Assembly (NCBI GenBank): GCA_029887795.1
Contig: JARXPE010000002.1
Coordinates: 8,904-72,903 of the forward strand
DNA from: Thermoproteota archaeon
GTDB taxonomy: Archaea > Thermoproteota > Methanomethylicia > Methanomethylicales > Methanomethylicaceae
Length of the DNA: 64,000 bases
Direction: 5' to 3'
Shown in pieces: positions 18,209 to 28,600 of the stretch; position 1 is the stretch's first letter, and each line of letters starts with the position of its first letter. The notes below the pieces were generated by a model. That model was not told the origin of the DNA, ran no database searches, and saw nothing but the letters and a program-made list of their open reading frames with translations. The position numbers and the translations under genes were made by a program.

Positions 18209-18769
18209 ATGATATTGATGATGTCCAGAGAAGATGGATTAAGACTGATAAGAGAGTACGTCTCGAAAGAAAACAACATAAAGCACATGATAGCGGTAAG
18301 CGGGATAATGAAGGAGGTCGCAACGAGACTGGGAGAAAATCCTGCGGAGTGGGAGCTCGTGGGGCTTCTTCATGACATAGATTTCGAGAGGTGTAAGGGC
18401 ATAGAGGACCACACGTTAGTGGCTAAAGAGTTACTTCAAGGGAAAATTAGTGACCGTCTGATAGAGGCGATAATGGCACACAACTTTGAAAATACCAACG
18501 TTCCCTTGGACAGTGTGATAAAGAAGGCGCTTGTAGCTAGCGACGCACTGTCGGGCCTGATCGTTGCTACCGCGCTGGTGATGCCCTCCAAAAAGATAGC
18601 CGAAATAAAGATAGAGACCCTAATTAAAAAATTCAAGAGTAAGGATTTTGCGAGAGGTGCGAGCAGGGAGAGGATCGCCCTCTGCTCGGAGCTAGGGCTA
18701 TCCTTGGAAGAATTTATGGAGATTGGTTTGGAAGGTATGAAAAAAGTTGCGCCTGAGCTAGGGCTATGA
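18209..18769 (+). CDS. HD-domain phosphohydrolase
   Basis: H...LLHDIDFE HD motif. ATG at 18209 is preferred over GTG at 18185. Confidence 0.75.
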   Translation: MILMMSREDGLRLIREYVSKENNIKHMIAVSGIMKEVATRLGENPAEWELVGLLHDIDFERCKGIEDHTLVAKELLQGKISDRLIEAIMAHNFENTNVPLDSVIKKALVASDALSGLIVATALVMPSKKIAEIKIETLIKKFKSKDFARGASRERIALCSELGLSLEEFMEIGLEGMKKVAPELGL

Positions 18770-18801
18770 CATAGGATCGTTAATGTTGCCTGAACTGTTG
18801 C

Positions 18802-19608
18802 CTAAACCAGAGCCCCCTCAGAGGACCTGCTGCACTGACAGCTTCGCTCTTTGGGGAGTTTTGGTATAATCTCCATCAGGAGCTTTCTGACTTTTTCTAC
18901 ATTTGCCTTTAAGGTCGTAACGACCTCCTCTGCGGTCACGGGCCTCTCAGCCCAAACATCATAATCTGTGACGGTAGCAAGTGTTGTATAGCATATCCCG
19001 CTCTCTCGGGCCAAGGAGACCTCTGGGACCAAAGTCATTCCAATTATGTCGGCACCCCAGCTGCGGAAGAGCCTAGACTCTGCCCTAGTAGAGAACCTTG
19101 GACCTTCTATGCATATGTATGTGGCCGGATGATGGCAGGACAAACCCAAAGCTTTAGCAGTATCTAGGCAGATTTTGTTGAGCTCTGGGCAGAATGGATC
19201 TGCCAAGGAGAAATGCCCAACAACAGCGCCGTCATAGAAAGAGTACGTTCGCCCCTTCGTGAAGTCAATGAATTGGTCGGGAATAACTAGATCTCCAGGT
19301 CTGACTTCCTCTTTCAGGCTTCCAACGGCCGATGGGGCGAGTATTCTCTTCACACCAAGGTCCCTCATCGCCCATATATTCGCACGGTAGTTTATGAGGT
19401 GAGGGGGTATGGAGTGCCTCTTTCCATGGCGTGGAAGGAAGGCAACCCTTACGCCCTTGATCTCGCCTACGGTGATTATATCAGAGGGAGGGCCGTATGG
19501 TGTGTGGATCTTGACCTCTGTGACAGACTCGAACATGGCAGGGTCGTAGAAGCCACTACCTCCTATAATGCCGATCTCGGCGCTACATATTGATGACAAT
19601 AAAACCAC
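18802..19608 (-). CDS. mtnP: S-methyl-5'-thioadenosine phosphorylase
   Basis: [36 protein letters not shown] and GMTLVPE blocks are typical of MTAP/PNP family 2. GTG start. Confidence 0.88.
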   Translation of the reverse strand: MVLLSSICSAEIGIIGGSGFYDPAMFESVTEVKIHTPYGPPSDIITVGEIKGVRVAFLPRHGKRHSIPPHLINYRANIWAMRDLGVKRILAPSAVGSLKEEVRPGDLVIPDQFIDFTKGRTYSFYDGAVVGHFSLADPFCPELNKICLDTAKALGLSCHHPATYICIEGPRFSTRAESRLFRSWGADIIGMTLVPEVSLARESGICYTTLATVTDYDVWAERPVTAEEVVTTLKANVEKVRKLLMEIIPKLPKERSCQCSRSSEGALV

Positions 19609-19638
19609 CGATTGAGCTATGGTTCAGAGAATATAAAA

Positions 19639-20319
19639 CTATTTGGAAACTCGTCGATACATATCCCCTTCTTTTACAAAAAATCCAGTACTCACAAGGT
19701 AACTTAATGCCCTCTCGTAGTACCACCGGTCGAATGTCACCCCAAACCATTCTGGAAAACGGCCCGCGAGCGTCTCCAAGTCCCACGATTCATTTTCTTT
19801 TTCTTCGCTCACAATCCTTTTAAAGAACCCAATGATATCCTCAAGGCGTGTCCACGGGTACTGGTACCAGACCCATTCCTTGACCTCTTCGGCGTAATAG
19901 TCGGGCTTAATCTTGCTGCTAGTGGAGATCCACTGTAGAGTTGCCACCCTAAGCTCGTCGGGCTTGCATTTTGTCCATATGTGATCCTTGGCGATTATTA
20001 TTGATTCGCCCGTATCAGCAATGTCATCTACAATAAGTGCCCTTTTGTGGTTCAGATCACACTCTAGGGGGTACTTAACCCCGGCCTCCTTCGCAATTTG
20101 AGCTGCCGAGGGCCAATGTGAGACCTGTAAGGAGACAAGTTCGCCCACAACAAGTCTATCGCAGATCAGACGTGCTGGAACATAACCTCCTCTCGAGATT
20201 GCAATGATAACATCTGGTCTCCATCCCGATTCTAATATCTTATCACTGACTATTCTGCTCCATGATTCAACTTCTTCCCAGCTGACTTTCTTCGTGTTGA
20301 CTTTGGGCAAATCCTTCAC
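19639..20319 (-). CDS. Phosphoribosyltransferase with about 80-aa C-terminal extension
   Basis: PRPP-binding loop ALIVDDIADTGES. The PRT core covers about 145 aa, followed by a Trp/Tyr-rich tail. GTG start. Confidence 0.75.
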   Translation of the reverse strand: MKDLPKVNTKKVSWEEVESWSRIVSDKILESGWRPDVIIAISRGGYVPARLICDRLVVGELVSLQVSHWPSAAQIAKEAGVKYPLECDLNHKRALIVDDIADTGESIIIAKDHIWTKCKPDELRVATLQWISTSSKIKPDYYAEEVKEWVWYQYPWTRLEDIIGFFKRIVSEEKENESWDLETLAGRFPEWFGVTFDRWYYERALSYLVSTGFFVKEGDMYRRVSK

Positions 20320-20431
20320 CTAAAGGTCAATATTATGGTCAGCGGTTATAGATTTACCGCCCTAACTTTATGATAACCAAGTTATATAAAAATTTTTATT
20401 AAAATATGAGAACTATGACAAGGGGACAGTT

Positions 20432-21709
20432 TTGAAGTATTCTGAGTCGGCGATATACCCAGTTGAGCCTAGGGACAGGGTGCTTACGGGCATCGACCTC
20501 GCCTTGCTTTGGGCGGGCTCAGCGATAGTGGTCGACGTCTGGTACAGCGGGGGGTACCTTTATCCCATCGGATGGGTCCCAGGAATTTTATTAATAATCC
20601 TCGGCTCATTCGTTGGGAGTTTCATATTTGCGGCTGCAGGTGTGATAGGCTCGGACCTAGGCGTACCATCAATGGTCACAGTTAGGGCAAGCTTTGGTTT
20701 GAGGGGATCTTACTTAATGAGCGCATTAAACTACATCACGCTCATCGGATGGACAGCATGGATGTTGTTTATAAATGCTTCCGCCGCAGATCAGATTGGG
20801 TCTATCCTCTTCAATTTCACAGGTTTCCCCTACTGGGTTTTAATTGGAGGCATTATATGCACAGCTCTGGCCATATTTGGGGCTGAGGGCTGGAAGGTCT
20901 TCAATAGGGCTTCAGTCACAGCGTTGGTTGTGACAACGCTTGCCATAAACTTCTTCGTTTTTGCAAACTATGGATGGGATTACTTGGCATCAAAGCCCTC
21001 GTGGGGGATGCCCCCTGGTGTTGCGTTCGATCTGGCATTGATAATGCCTTTATCTTGGGCGCCCTTAGCAGCAGACTATATGCGCTTTGCCAGGTCTTCG
21101 AAAGGCGGGTTTGTAGGGTCTCTTATCGGACAGGGCAGCGTAAACTCGTGGTTTTACATAACAGGGTTGGCCTGTGCCCTCGCATTTGGGATGTATGATC
21201 CCACCGTCTACGTGACTCAGGTGGGAGGTTTCACTTTTGGAATAATAGCGCTTTTTGTGATCTGGTTTGGGACGATTACCACTACTTTCTTGGACATTTA
21301 TTCTGCCAACATGTCAATCATAAACATATTCCCAAAGGTGAAGGAGTGGCAGGGAAGTGTTATTACGGGGATTGCTGGAATAATAATCGCATTTCTTCCG
21401 TGGCTTGATGCGTTCGTTCAATTCCTTTACATAATTGGAGCGGTCTTTATTCCATTATTTGCGATTGTTGTGGTAGACTACTTCCTGTTGAAAAAGAGAA
21501 GATATAGCATCCAAGATCTCTATGCTCCGTCAGGGAGTTACTGGTTCAAGAGGGGTATAAGCCTAGTTGCCCTAGTTGCTTGGATAATCGGGGTAGCAAT
21601 TTACTACGCCGTACAACAGTCCCTTCCCGACCTTGGTGCGACTTTACCTTCATTCATAGCCACATCTTTAATATACTACATTATGAGGAGGGGTTTTGGT
21701 GATCTCTAA
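20432..21709 (+). CDS. NCS1-family permease (cytosine/purine/HMP, CytX-like)
   Basis: 425 aa with about 12 TM segments and NCS1/CodB-like organisation. Its 3' end overlaps the start of tenA. Confidence 0.75.
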   Translation: MKYSESAIYPVEPRDRVLTGIDLALLWAGSAIVVDVWYSGGYLYPIGWVPGILLIILGSFVGSFIFAAAGVIGSDLGVPSMVTVRASFGLRGSYLMSALNYITLIGWTAWMLFINASAADQIGSILFNFTGFPYWVLIGGIICTALAIFGAEGWKVFNRASVTALVVTTLAINFFVFANYGWDYLASKPSWGMPPGVAFDLALIMPLSWAPLAADYMRFARSSKGGFVGSLIGQGSVNSWFYITGLACALAFGMYDPTVYVTQVGGFTFGIIALFVIWFGTITTTFLDIYSANMSIINIFPKVKEWQGSVITGIAGIIIAFLPWLDAFVQFLYIIGAVFIPLFAIVVVDYFLLKKRRYSIQDLYAPSGSYWFKRGISLVALVAWIIGVAIYYAVQQSLPDLGATLPSFIATSLIYYIMRRGFGDL

Positions 21710-22352
21710 AGTCTTTAGAGAAAGAGCAGATCCCATATGGAGAAGCATACTCAAACACCCATTTCTTGAGGGGCTAAAAACTGGTACGCTGCCTAAGGAG
21801 TCCTTTAAGTTCTTCGTCGCTCAGGATTTCCTTTTCCTGCAATGTATGATAAAGTGTCTTAAAATAACTGAGACAAAGGCGACAGACAATTACTCGAAGA
21901 GGCTCATCTCGAGTATGAGAAGTTCGTCGGAGGGTGTTGAGATGGAAAGTCTAAGTAGATTAGCGGATAGGCTCGGAGGCATAAATTTCAAGGCGGTTGA
22001 ATATGCTCCCACCTGCTATGCATACACAAGGCATCTCTTGTGTACAGCTTCTTTGGGATCCTTTGTTGAGGCGATGGCGGCAATTACGCCCTGCTACTGG
22101 AGCTATATGGAGATCGGAGAGCACCTCCAAAGCTCACCAGATCCTATCTATGATGGATGGATAAAAACGTACATCTCCAAAGAATACAAGGATCTGGTCT
22201 CTGAGATACTTGGAGTTCTCGACCGTGCTGGTATAGGACAGTCTGAAGAATCAATTAATGCAGCCATGAAGGCGTTTTTGGTCAGTAGTGAGTATGAGTA
22301 TATGTTCTGGGACATGGCACATAATAGAGAAAAGTGGCGCCACGATCTATAA
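21696..22352 (+). CDS. tenA: TenA-family aminopyrimidine aminohydrolase (thiaminase II)
   Basis: HPFLEGLKTGTLPKESFKFFVAQDFLFL N-terminal block and overall TenA/PqqC helical pattern. Confidence 0.8.
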   Translation: MVISKVFRERADPIWRSILKHPFLEGLKTGTLPKESFKFFVAQDFLFLQCMIKCLKITETKATDNYSKRLISSMRSSSEGVEMESLSRLADRLGGINFKAVEYAPTCYAYTRHLLCTASLGSFVEAMAAITPCYWSYMEIGEHLQSSPDPIYDGWIKTYISKEYKDLVSEILGVLDRAGIGQSEESINAAMKAFLVSSEYEYMFWDMAHNREKWRHDL

Positions 22353-22470
22353 TAGTTCGAGGTGCCAATCAGGAGTTTTTTCAATTTTGTCAATCTTGTT
22401 TTTATTATCATTATTTTCAAACTTAAAAAACAGAAAATGGATTTAAGCATGTATTCGATTAAGACAGTTT

Positions 22471-23211
22471 ATGGTGCGAGTCATAGTCGTTAGAGATCTT
22501 GTGAAGGAATACCCAGGCAGGAGGGCACTGGACGGCATAACATTTGAGGTTGAAGAGGGAGAGGTCTTTGGTCTGATAGGACCGAACGGTGCTGGGAAGA
22601 CTACAACTCTGAGAATACTTGCCACGATTATAAAGCCCACATCTGGCTATGTGGAGGTTTGCGGTAAAGATGTCCTCAAGGAAGACATGGAGGTCAGAAG
22701 GCTTATAAGCTATCTACCCGAGGAAGCAGGGGCCTATTCCAACCTCTCGGGGCTGGAGTACCTTAGGTTCATGGCATCATTTTATTATAACGATGAGAAA
22801 AGTGTCAAAAGTGCCATCGAGAGGGCGATCGCGATATCTGGACTTGGAGAGAGGTTGAAGGAAAAGACTTCAAATTACAGCAAGGGGATGAGGCGCCGCC
22901 TCCTGTTGGCCAGGACGCTGATGGTCAGACCAAAGCTCGCGATATTGGACGAACCGACCTCCGGGCTGGATGTAACACATGCATATCACTTGAGAAGAGT
23001 CATAAAATCTTATTCAAAGGATTATGGCATAACGGTTCTGATATCAAGCCACAATATGCTGGAGGTAGAGTACCTCTGCGATAGGGTTGCACTTATTGAC
23101 CAAGGTAGGATCATTGAGACCGGCAGCCCAGATGAGTTGAAGAGTAAATATTCCACAGTCAATCTAGAGGACACCTTCATGAAGGTGGTTGGATTTGCCC
23201 AAGGGTCTTAA
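22471..23211 (+). CDS. ABC-2 type transporter ATP-binding protein
   Basis: GPNGAGKTTT, YSKGMRRRLLLARTL, AILDEPTSGLD. Confidence 0.9.
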   Translation: MVRVIVVRDLVKEYPGRRALDGITFEVEEGEVFGLIGPNGAGKTTTLRILATIIKPTSGYVEVCGKDVLKEDMEVRRLISYLPEEAGAYSNLSGLEYLRFMASFYYNDEKSVKSAIERAIAISGLGERLKEKTSNYSKGMRRRLLLARTLMVRPKLAILDEPTSGLDVTHAYHLRRVIKSYSKDYGITVLISSHNMLEVEYLCDRVALIDQGRIIETGSPDELKSKYSTVNLEDTFMKVVGFAQGS

Positions 23212-24481
23212 GCTTTTGGTCATAAAGGAGGTTAAAGACCTACTCAGGGACCCAAAGATACTCATCGGAATGATCCTGTTCCCAGCACTGATACTCCCAA
23301 TCATGGGTGCAGCCATCAACATCTCAACGGGGTCATTGGTGGAGAAGAGTTCTGGTCCTCTAACCATCTACGTTTTGGACCAAGATGGGGGGAAGATCGC
23401 TCAGAAAGTTATGGGGTTTCTACGGGATAACAAAGTTGAGATCATAGTATTGAGTGGATCTTATCAAGATGCCATCAGGAATGTCGCTGGTGGGGGGGTA
23501 TTGATGGTGCTCCCTGAGGGACTATCACAAAAGATCGAATCGGGTACGAGGGGCGAGATTCTGATTTATTATGGTTTTAAAGACTTTTCCATACTCGAGT
23601 CTCTGAATGCCCAAAGGGTGAGCGGACTCCTCAGCACATTTGAAAATGTCTTGGTGAGGGATCTGATCTCTGAGAGTGCGCCTAGCGCCGACCCGGACTC
23701 GATACTCAACCCGCTCTCACTCAATGAAAAATCAGTGATAAAGGGCGTTGCCCAGCCCATATCTCCATACGTTTTGACCAACATAGTAAGGATGCAAGGT
23801 CTGATGGGGCCATTGGTCATAATGATAGTTCTGATACTTGCGATGCAGGTTGCCGCAACATCCATCGCTATTGAAAAAGAGGCGAAAACCCTTGAGACCC
23901 TGCTCACAATACCTGTCAGTAGACTAAACATATTGTTCGGAAAACTTGTGGGATCTGTGACGATAGCTTTGCTAGCAACCGTCGCCAATGTTTTTGCGTT
24001 CACCTACTATATCAGCTCAATAACTTCTCAGGCAATAAGTTCCATTGGAAATATTGATCTGGCCAGCGTTGGTTTGATACCGCCTCCCGAGGGGTATTTT
24101 CTGCTGGGTCTAACGCTGTTTGGTGCCCTCGTATCGGCACTTGCCTTAGCACTCACTCTCGGAACTCTAGCAAAAGATGTCAGGGGCGCCCAGTCTATAA
24201 TAGGGATCGTAATTGTCCCAGTATTCCTACCCACCATATTTCTGATGATGGGCGACATGCAGACCCTACCTGCCTCGATTCAGGCAGCGCTTTATGCGAT
24301 ACCATTCACTTACCCAGTCCTTGCTTCGCAGTCACTAATCACTGGAAATTATGCTCCAATATTGGCAGGGCTGGTTTACATGGCATTTTTCACTCTGTTC
24401 ACCCTTTACATTGCAGCCAAGGTTTTCACCACAGAAAAAGTCATGACGGGAAGACTCTCATTTAAGAGGCGCAGTCCTTAG
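23189..24481 (+). CDS. ABC-2 family permease with large extracytoplasmic loop
   Basis: N-terminal TM segment, a soluble loop of about 170 aa, then 5 C-terminal TM segments. Overlaps the ATPase gene. Confidence 0.75.
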   Translation: MDLPKGLKLLVIKEVKDLLRDPKILIGMILFPALILPIMGAAINISTGSLVEKSSGPLTIYVLDQDGGKIAQKVMGFLRDNKVEIIVLSGSYQDAIRNVAGGGVLMVLPEGLSQKIESGTRGEILIYYGFKDFSILESLNAQRVSGLLSTFENVLVRDLISESAPSADPDSILNPLSLNEKSVIKGVAQPISPYVLTNIVRMQGLMGPLVIMIVLILAMQVAATSIAIEKEAKTLETLLTIPVSRLNILFGKLVGSVTIALLATVANVFAFTYYISSITSQAISSIGNIDLASVGLIPPPEGYFLLGLTLFGALVSALALALTLGTLAKDVRGAQSIIGIVIVPVFLPTIFLMMGDMQTLPASIQAALYAIPFTYPVLASQSLITGNYAPILAGLVYMAFFTLFTLYIAAKVFTTEKVMTGRLSFKRRSP

Positions 24482-24537
24482 CAAGTCAAATATTTACACC
24501 ATTTTGATTTTCAGAGGTCTATCTCTAATATCAAAAA

Positions 24538-24921
24538 TTATGGTGCGATAGGTGATATCCTGACTAGATTTGGGGAGGCGGTGATCTGGAAGACTCTGCC
24601 CGTGCCGCCACCTTCCACGTTAACGCCAATATAAATTGATCTGACGGAGCCCTCAAGTCGTAATTTTAGATGTCCACCCTCACCCTCAACGACAATTGGA
24701 TTTTGAAATGATATTGAGGTGGTAATGTTCTTGCCCGATGTGATCGAGGCTGCAACCGCGCCTTTTATTGTTCCAGCAAGATAGTACAGAGCTTTTTCTG
24801 AGGAAAGTTCTTCTGTGAGCTGCGTGGCTCTAGCAAAGATCAGCGAGGAGGAGGTCGTGATAACAGCTGAGAGGGAAAGTAAAGAGGCTGTGATCAGAAC
24901 CTCTACTAAAACCCGGTCCAT
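24538..24921 (-). CDS. Hypothetical N-terminally anchored/secreted protein (127 aa)
   Basis: MDRVLVEVLITASLLSLSAVITT hydrophobic N-terminus. ATG at 24921 lies 4 nt after the upstream stop. Last gene of the four-gene operon. Confidence 0.5.
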   Translation of the reverse strand: MDRVLVEVLITASLLSLSAVITTSSSLIFARATQLTEELSSEKALYYLAGTIKGAVAASITSGKNITTSISFQNPIVVEGEGGHLKLRLEGSVRSIYIGVNVEGGGTGRVFQITASPNLVRISPIAP

Positions 24922-24925
24922 ACGC

Positions 24926-25615
24926 TCAACTCCTAGGCATAGGTCTGAGTCGCACACTGTAATGCAAAGACTCTACCAGCAGCTTCTCGCCTGCCTTTAC
25001 TTCGAAACGAAGGCAATTCACACCATTCACATAAACACTAACAGTCCCATCATAAAGGAATACCCTCTCATACAGGTGCCTGTCAACCTCCGTGCTCTCC
25101 TTGAGAAGGTCAAATGACCCTGAGATCGTAATGTCTGACAGGTAACAGGTCCTTATTGATATGAAATACAGTGGTGTATTGCTGATATCTACGGATTTTA
25201 CTGGCGGGATTACTATCACCTTTGGCTGGATATAAAATCCATCAGAGGTGGAGTAGAGTAGCAGAGGGTCAGAGGTATCCGTAGATATCTCGGATGCGAG
25301 AGGTGATGCAAATTGAGCCCCTCTCACGAGTAGGGCATTCTTTGGGACTTGCCATTGGATTAAGTCCCCCGCCAAAAATACAGTTATGTTATTTTCGCCA
25401 ACCCTTATAGCAGTCATGGTCCTAGACCCTGTGGAGAAACCATAGACAACTTTTGGATCTTTTTCCATTAAGTAGGATCCCAGTTCTGCAGCCTTCTCAC
25501 CTATATTCTCTAAGCCGACATCTCTATTGATAATTAGGGGGGCATATGTGGCAGAGTAGGAGATAAGCCCCACAATGGCGACCGCGATTAAAACCCTCGA
25601 GAGCGCCTGTTCCAT
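24926..25615 (-). CDS. Hypothetical N-terminally anchored/secreted protein (229 aa)
   Basis: MEQALSRVLIAVAIVGLISYS N-terminal helix followed by beta-rich sequence. The start lies 3 nt after the stop of the PKD gene. Confidence 0.55.
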   Translation of the reverse strand: MEQALSRVLIAVAIVGLISYSATYAPLIINRDVGLENIGEKAAELGSYLMEKDPKVVYGFSTGSRTMTAIRVGENNITVFLAGDLIQWQVPKNALLVRGAQFASPLASEISTDTSDPLLLYSTSDGFYIQPKVIVIPPVKSVDISNTPLYFISIRTCYLSDITISGSFDLLKESTEVDRHLYERVFLYDGTVSVYVNGVNCLRFEVKAGEKLLVESLHYSVRLRPMPRS

Positions 25616-25618
25616 GAA

Positions 25619-28600
25619 CTACCAACCCTCTGGAATGTTTAGCGAGGCTGCTAGGAGGAGTATCCCCTCCTTTGCAGGACTATAAAGGATGTTTGTGCTG
25701 TGCGGGGGAACCAATGTGAGGTAGAGATCCCCGGGATGATCTCTCAAAAAATCTTTGAGCGAAGGATGTGTGATGAAGAGGGCCGACCCAATCTCAGTTA
25801 GTCCTTGAGGGATCTTGACATTATCTTGGATTTTCCACCTCATCCCTGATGGATCGACGGCAAACAAGGAATCGCCAGACCTCTCTAACGGCGCTATTAC
25901 AGATGATCCATGTGTGCAGTTCGGCAAAAGTCCATTCATTCCATCCCATTCCACGGGCGAATTGAGCCAAAGATAGGCGGTCGCGCCCTTTAGGTCAGGG
26001 CGGCTGGGAGATCCCAAATCAAAGGCTTCAAGGAGCAGGCAGGTTTCATTGTGCATTAAAAACTGGACCGACACAGTTGTGAATTTCACGGAAGGGCCTC
26101 GGAACCAAGTCATGGAGGACGGATGGTCTCCGTTATTTGAATATAGAGCGACGTTCCAAACGCTTTGAAGGTAAGGTATGTTGACAAGCCTTTGATAGGG
26201 AATTCTCAAAGTTGCTGTCCCATTATTGTCAATCGGGGAAGAAAATCCGAGATCCCACTCCTTAAACCCGAATATGTATGATCCTCCTCTGTTTTTAACC
26301 GGCGTTCCTGAGGTGAAGAGCATTGAAAAGCGGGCTTCCGTCCCAGTTAGGTCATATTCAAACTCCACCACTGTAGTTATATTTTCAGAATGCCATGTTC
26401 CGACACTGTTCCATTGAGATGTTTGAGTTCGGATCTCGGCATACGCATAGTAAGTGCCCGGAAGATCTTTAGCAACCCAGCATTTATCTTCGAGCGAACC
26501 CAGTTTTATGGAGAAATGCCCAGAGGAGTTCGTGGTGGTGCGCCCCTCTAGCTTAATTAAATGGTCATCCGTAATTTTAGCGGCGCGGGCGTCCCAACAA
26601 GAGGCGCCCTCCAAGTCTAACCAAGCTAGTACGGTGATCTCCGTTGGGGAGATTATACCAGGAAGCTTACCTGTCACGTTCACCCCCACAAACTCGCCCA
26701 AAATCACTTTCTTGATGATGGCCCCGGATACAAGATTACAAGGACCGACATTGATCGCCTCAGGATTAACATAATCAGTGTCAAAGATTGCTAAGAGTTC
26801 GTGATCGGAGTCCATGAATATAGAGCATCTCTGTCCACCGCCGAAGGGGGTGCCATCTAAGATCCAGCCTGAGAAGTAGTATAGGCTATCTGTGACGAGT
26901 GCCTCAACAGTTTGGTTGCTATATCTTGGAAGAAGGTACTCTCCAGGGGACGGCAAGGTCGTCCCGCCCGACGTTGCGGATACTCTAAGCTTAAAGGTCG
27001 GTTGGACTGGTGTGAAGTAGACTTTGACAGTGTGGGGCTCTTTCACATCGTTTATTGTAACTTCTTCAGAATAGTAGGTCTTCCCGTCCACAACCACTTT
27101 GTCGACGTAATAGCCCGAGTAAGGCTCGACCCTTATGGTTATATCGTAGTTGTGATCCACTAGGTAGATCCCCCAACGGTGTACATCTTGATGATACAAT
27201 GAGAATGAGGGGGAATTTGAGGAGATGGTGACTCGTCCCCAGTCGGGCGTATCAGTGCTGACGTTCACAGGGTAGTCAACCCATTTCAAGTTCAAGGTTA
27301 CCAGATATGGCGAGTAGCTTGTTATCCATAGCCCATAAGAGTTCGGGTACATCAATTGTTGAGGAGGTATTTCTACCTTAGTTGCCCCAAAAATGTAATT
27401 TGCAGAAAAGATTTTTGCAATAGGCGAGCCGCCCCAAGTGTCAACCAATAATCCCTCTCCATTCCTTGGTATAAATTGGAAATATACTGCATCGCTTATA
27501 TTTACGGGATATGTTGCTGGGTTTGAGAGTACAAGACCATATCCAGCGAGGCTCACAAAGCCATACATGTAATAGTCCGCGGTTTTCCATCCGAAGCCGT
27601 CCCAATACCTGACATCAAGTGTAATGGAAGATTGGGGTTGCTTTTTAATTGGTATGAAAGTTGCTTCCAATGTGTGGTTATCGTACATTGTTAGGGTGAA
27701 GGGGTTCGCTGAGCCGCCGGAGCTCCCGTCGAGCGTCCATCCATTGAATTGATGTTCAGCATCAGGAATAGCCTCTACGACGACTGTCTGACCTGATGGG
27801 TAGCGATATACACCTGGCTGGGGGGAGGTCGTTCCGCCAGTCTCTGCCCTCAAATCCAAGAGATACAGAGCAGGGGAGATCCTTATCAAAACCTCAACAG
27901 ATCTTGTTATCTCTCCGGCTACGCCTTTAACCAAACAGACATAATCGCCTGGCGGCGTCAAGGGGGTAGTGGAGACCGATAAAATTGAGGTGAAATTCGT
28001 CAGCGAAGAGGGGGGAGATATCTTAACCGCAGATCCAGTAGGAACTAACCCGACCCACTCTAGGTTGAGTGTTACTGGTATAGCTGTTGAGGAATTCACG
28101 AAGATTTTAGTTGAAGAGGATTCGCCTGGTCTCAATGAAATGTCGTGTTCTTTGGTAATGGTGAAGTCAAAATTGGAGATAACCGATATTGGACCAACCT
28201 CAGCAACGCCCTTCCTACCAACACTGTCAAAGACGGTGACCTTTGCCATATACGAGCCGGGATGGGCGTATACGTGGTACGGGTTCTGCAGATTGGACAC
28301 TCCAAAGTCTCCAAAGTCCCAGCTGTATGAATATGGAGGAGTGCCTCCATAAGCAGAACAGGCAAAGGTGACGTTTAGTGGTGGAAGGCCTTCGGTTGGA
28401 TGAGCCGACGCAAAAACTTGAAGTGCTGATGTAAACTTAGCCTTCAGGGTATGATTGGAGTTCATAATAACATTAAATGTCTTTTGAGATCCTGAAGGTA
28501 CACCATCAAGGGTCCAGTAATCCAAAGAACATCCTTCATTCGGGACGGCGGTGACCTGAACTTGTTCACCCATCTTTTTGATGTATTGTCCTGGAGGAGG

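Noticed and set aside
20320-20431. TPP riboswitch upstream of the NCS1 permease / tenA pair.
   Set aside because: The conserved aptamer cores (CUGAGA plus ACCUGAUCUGGAUAAUGCCAGC-like) were not found. Only a fortuitous TGAGAA is present.
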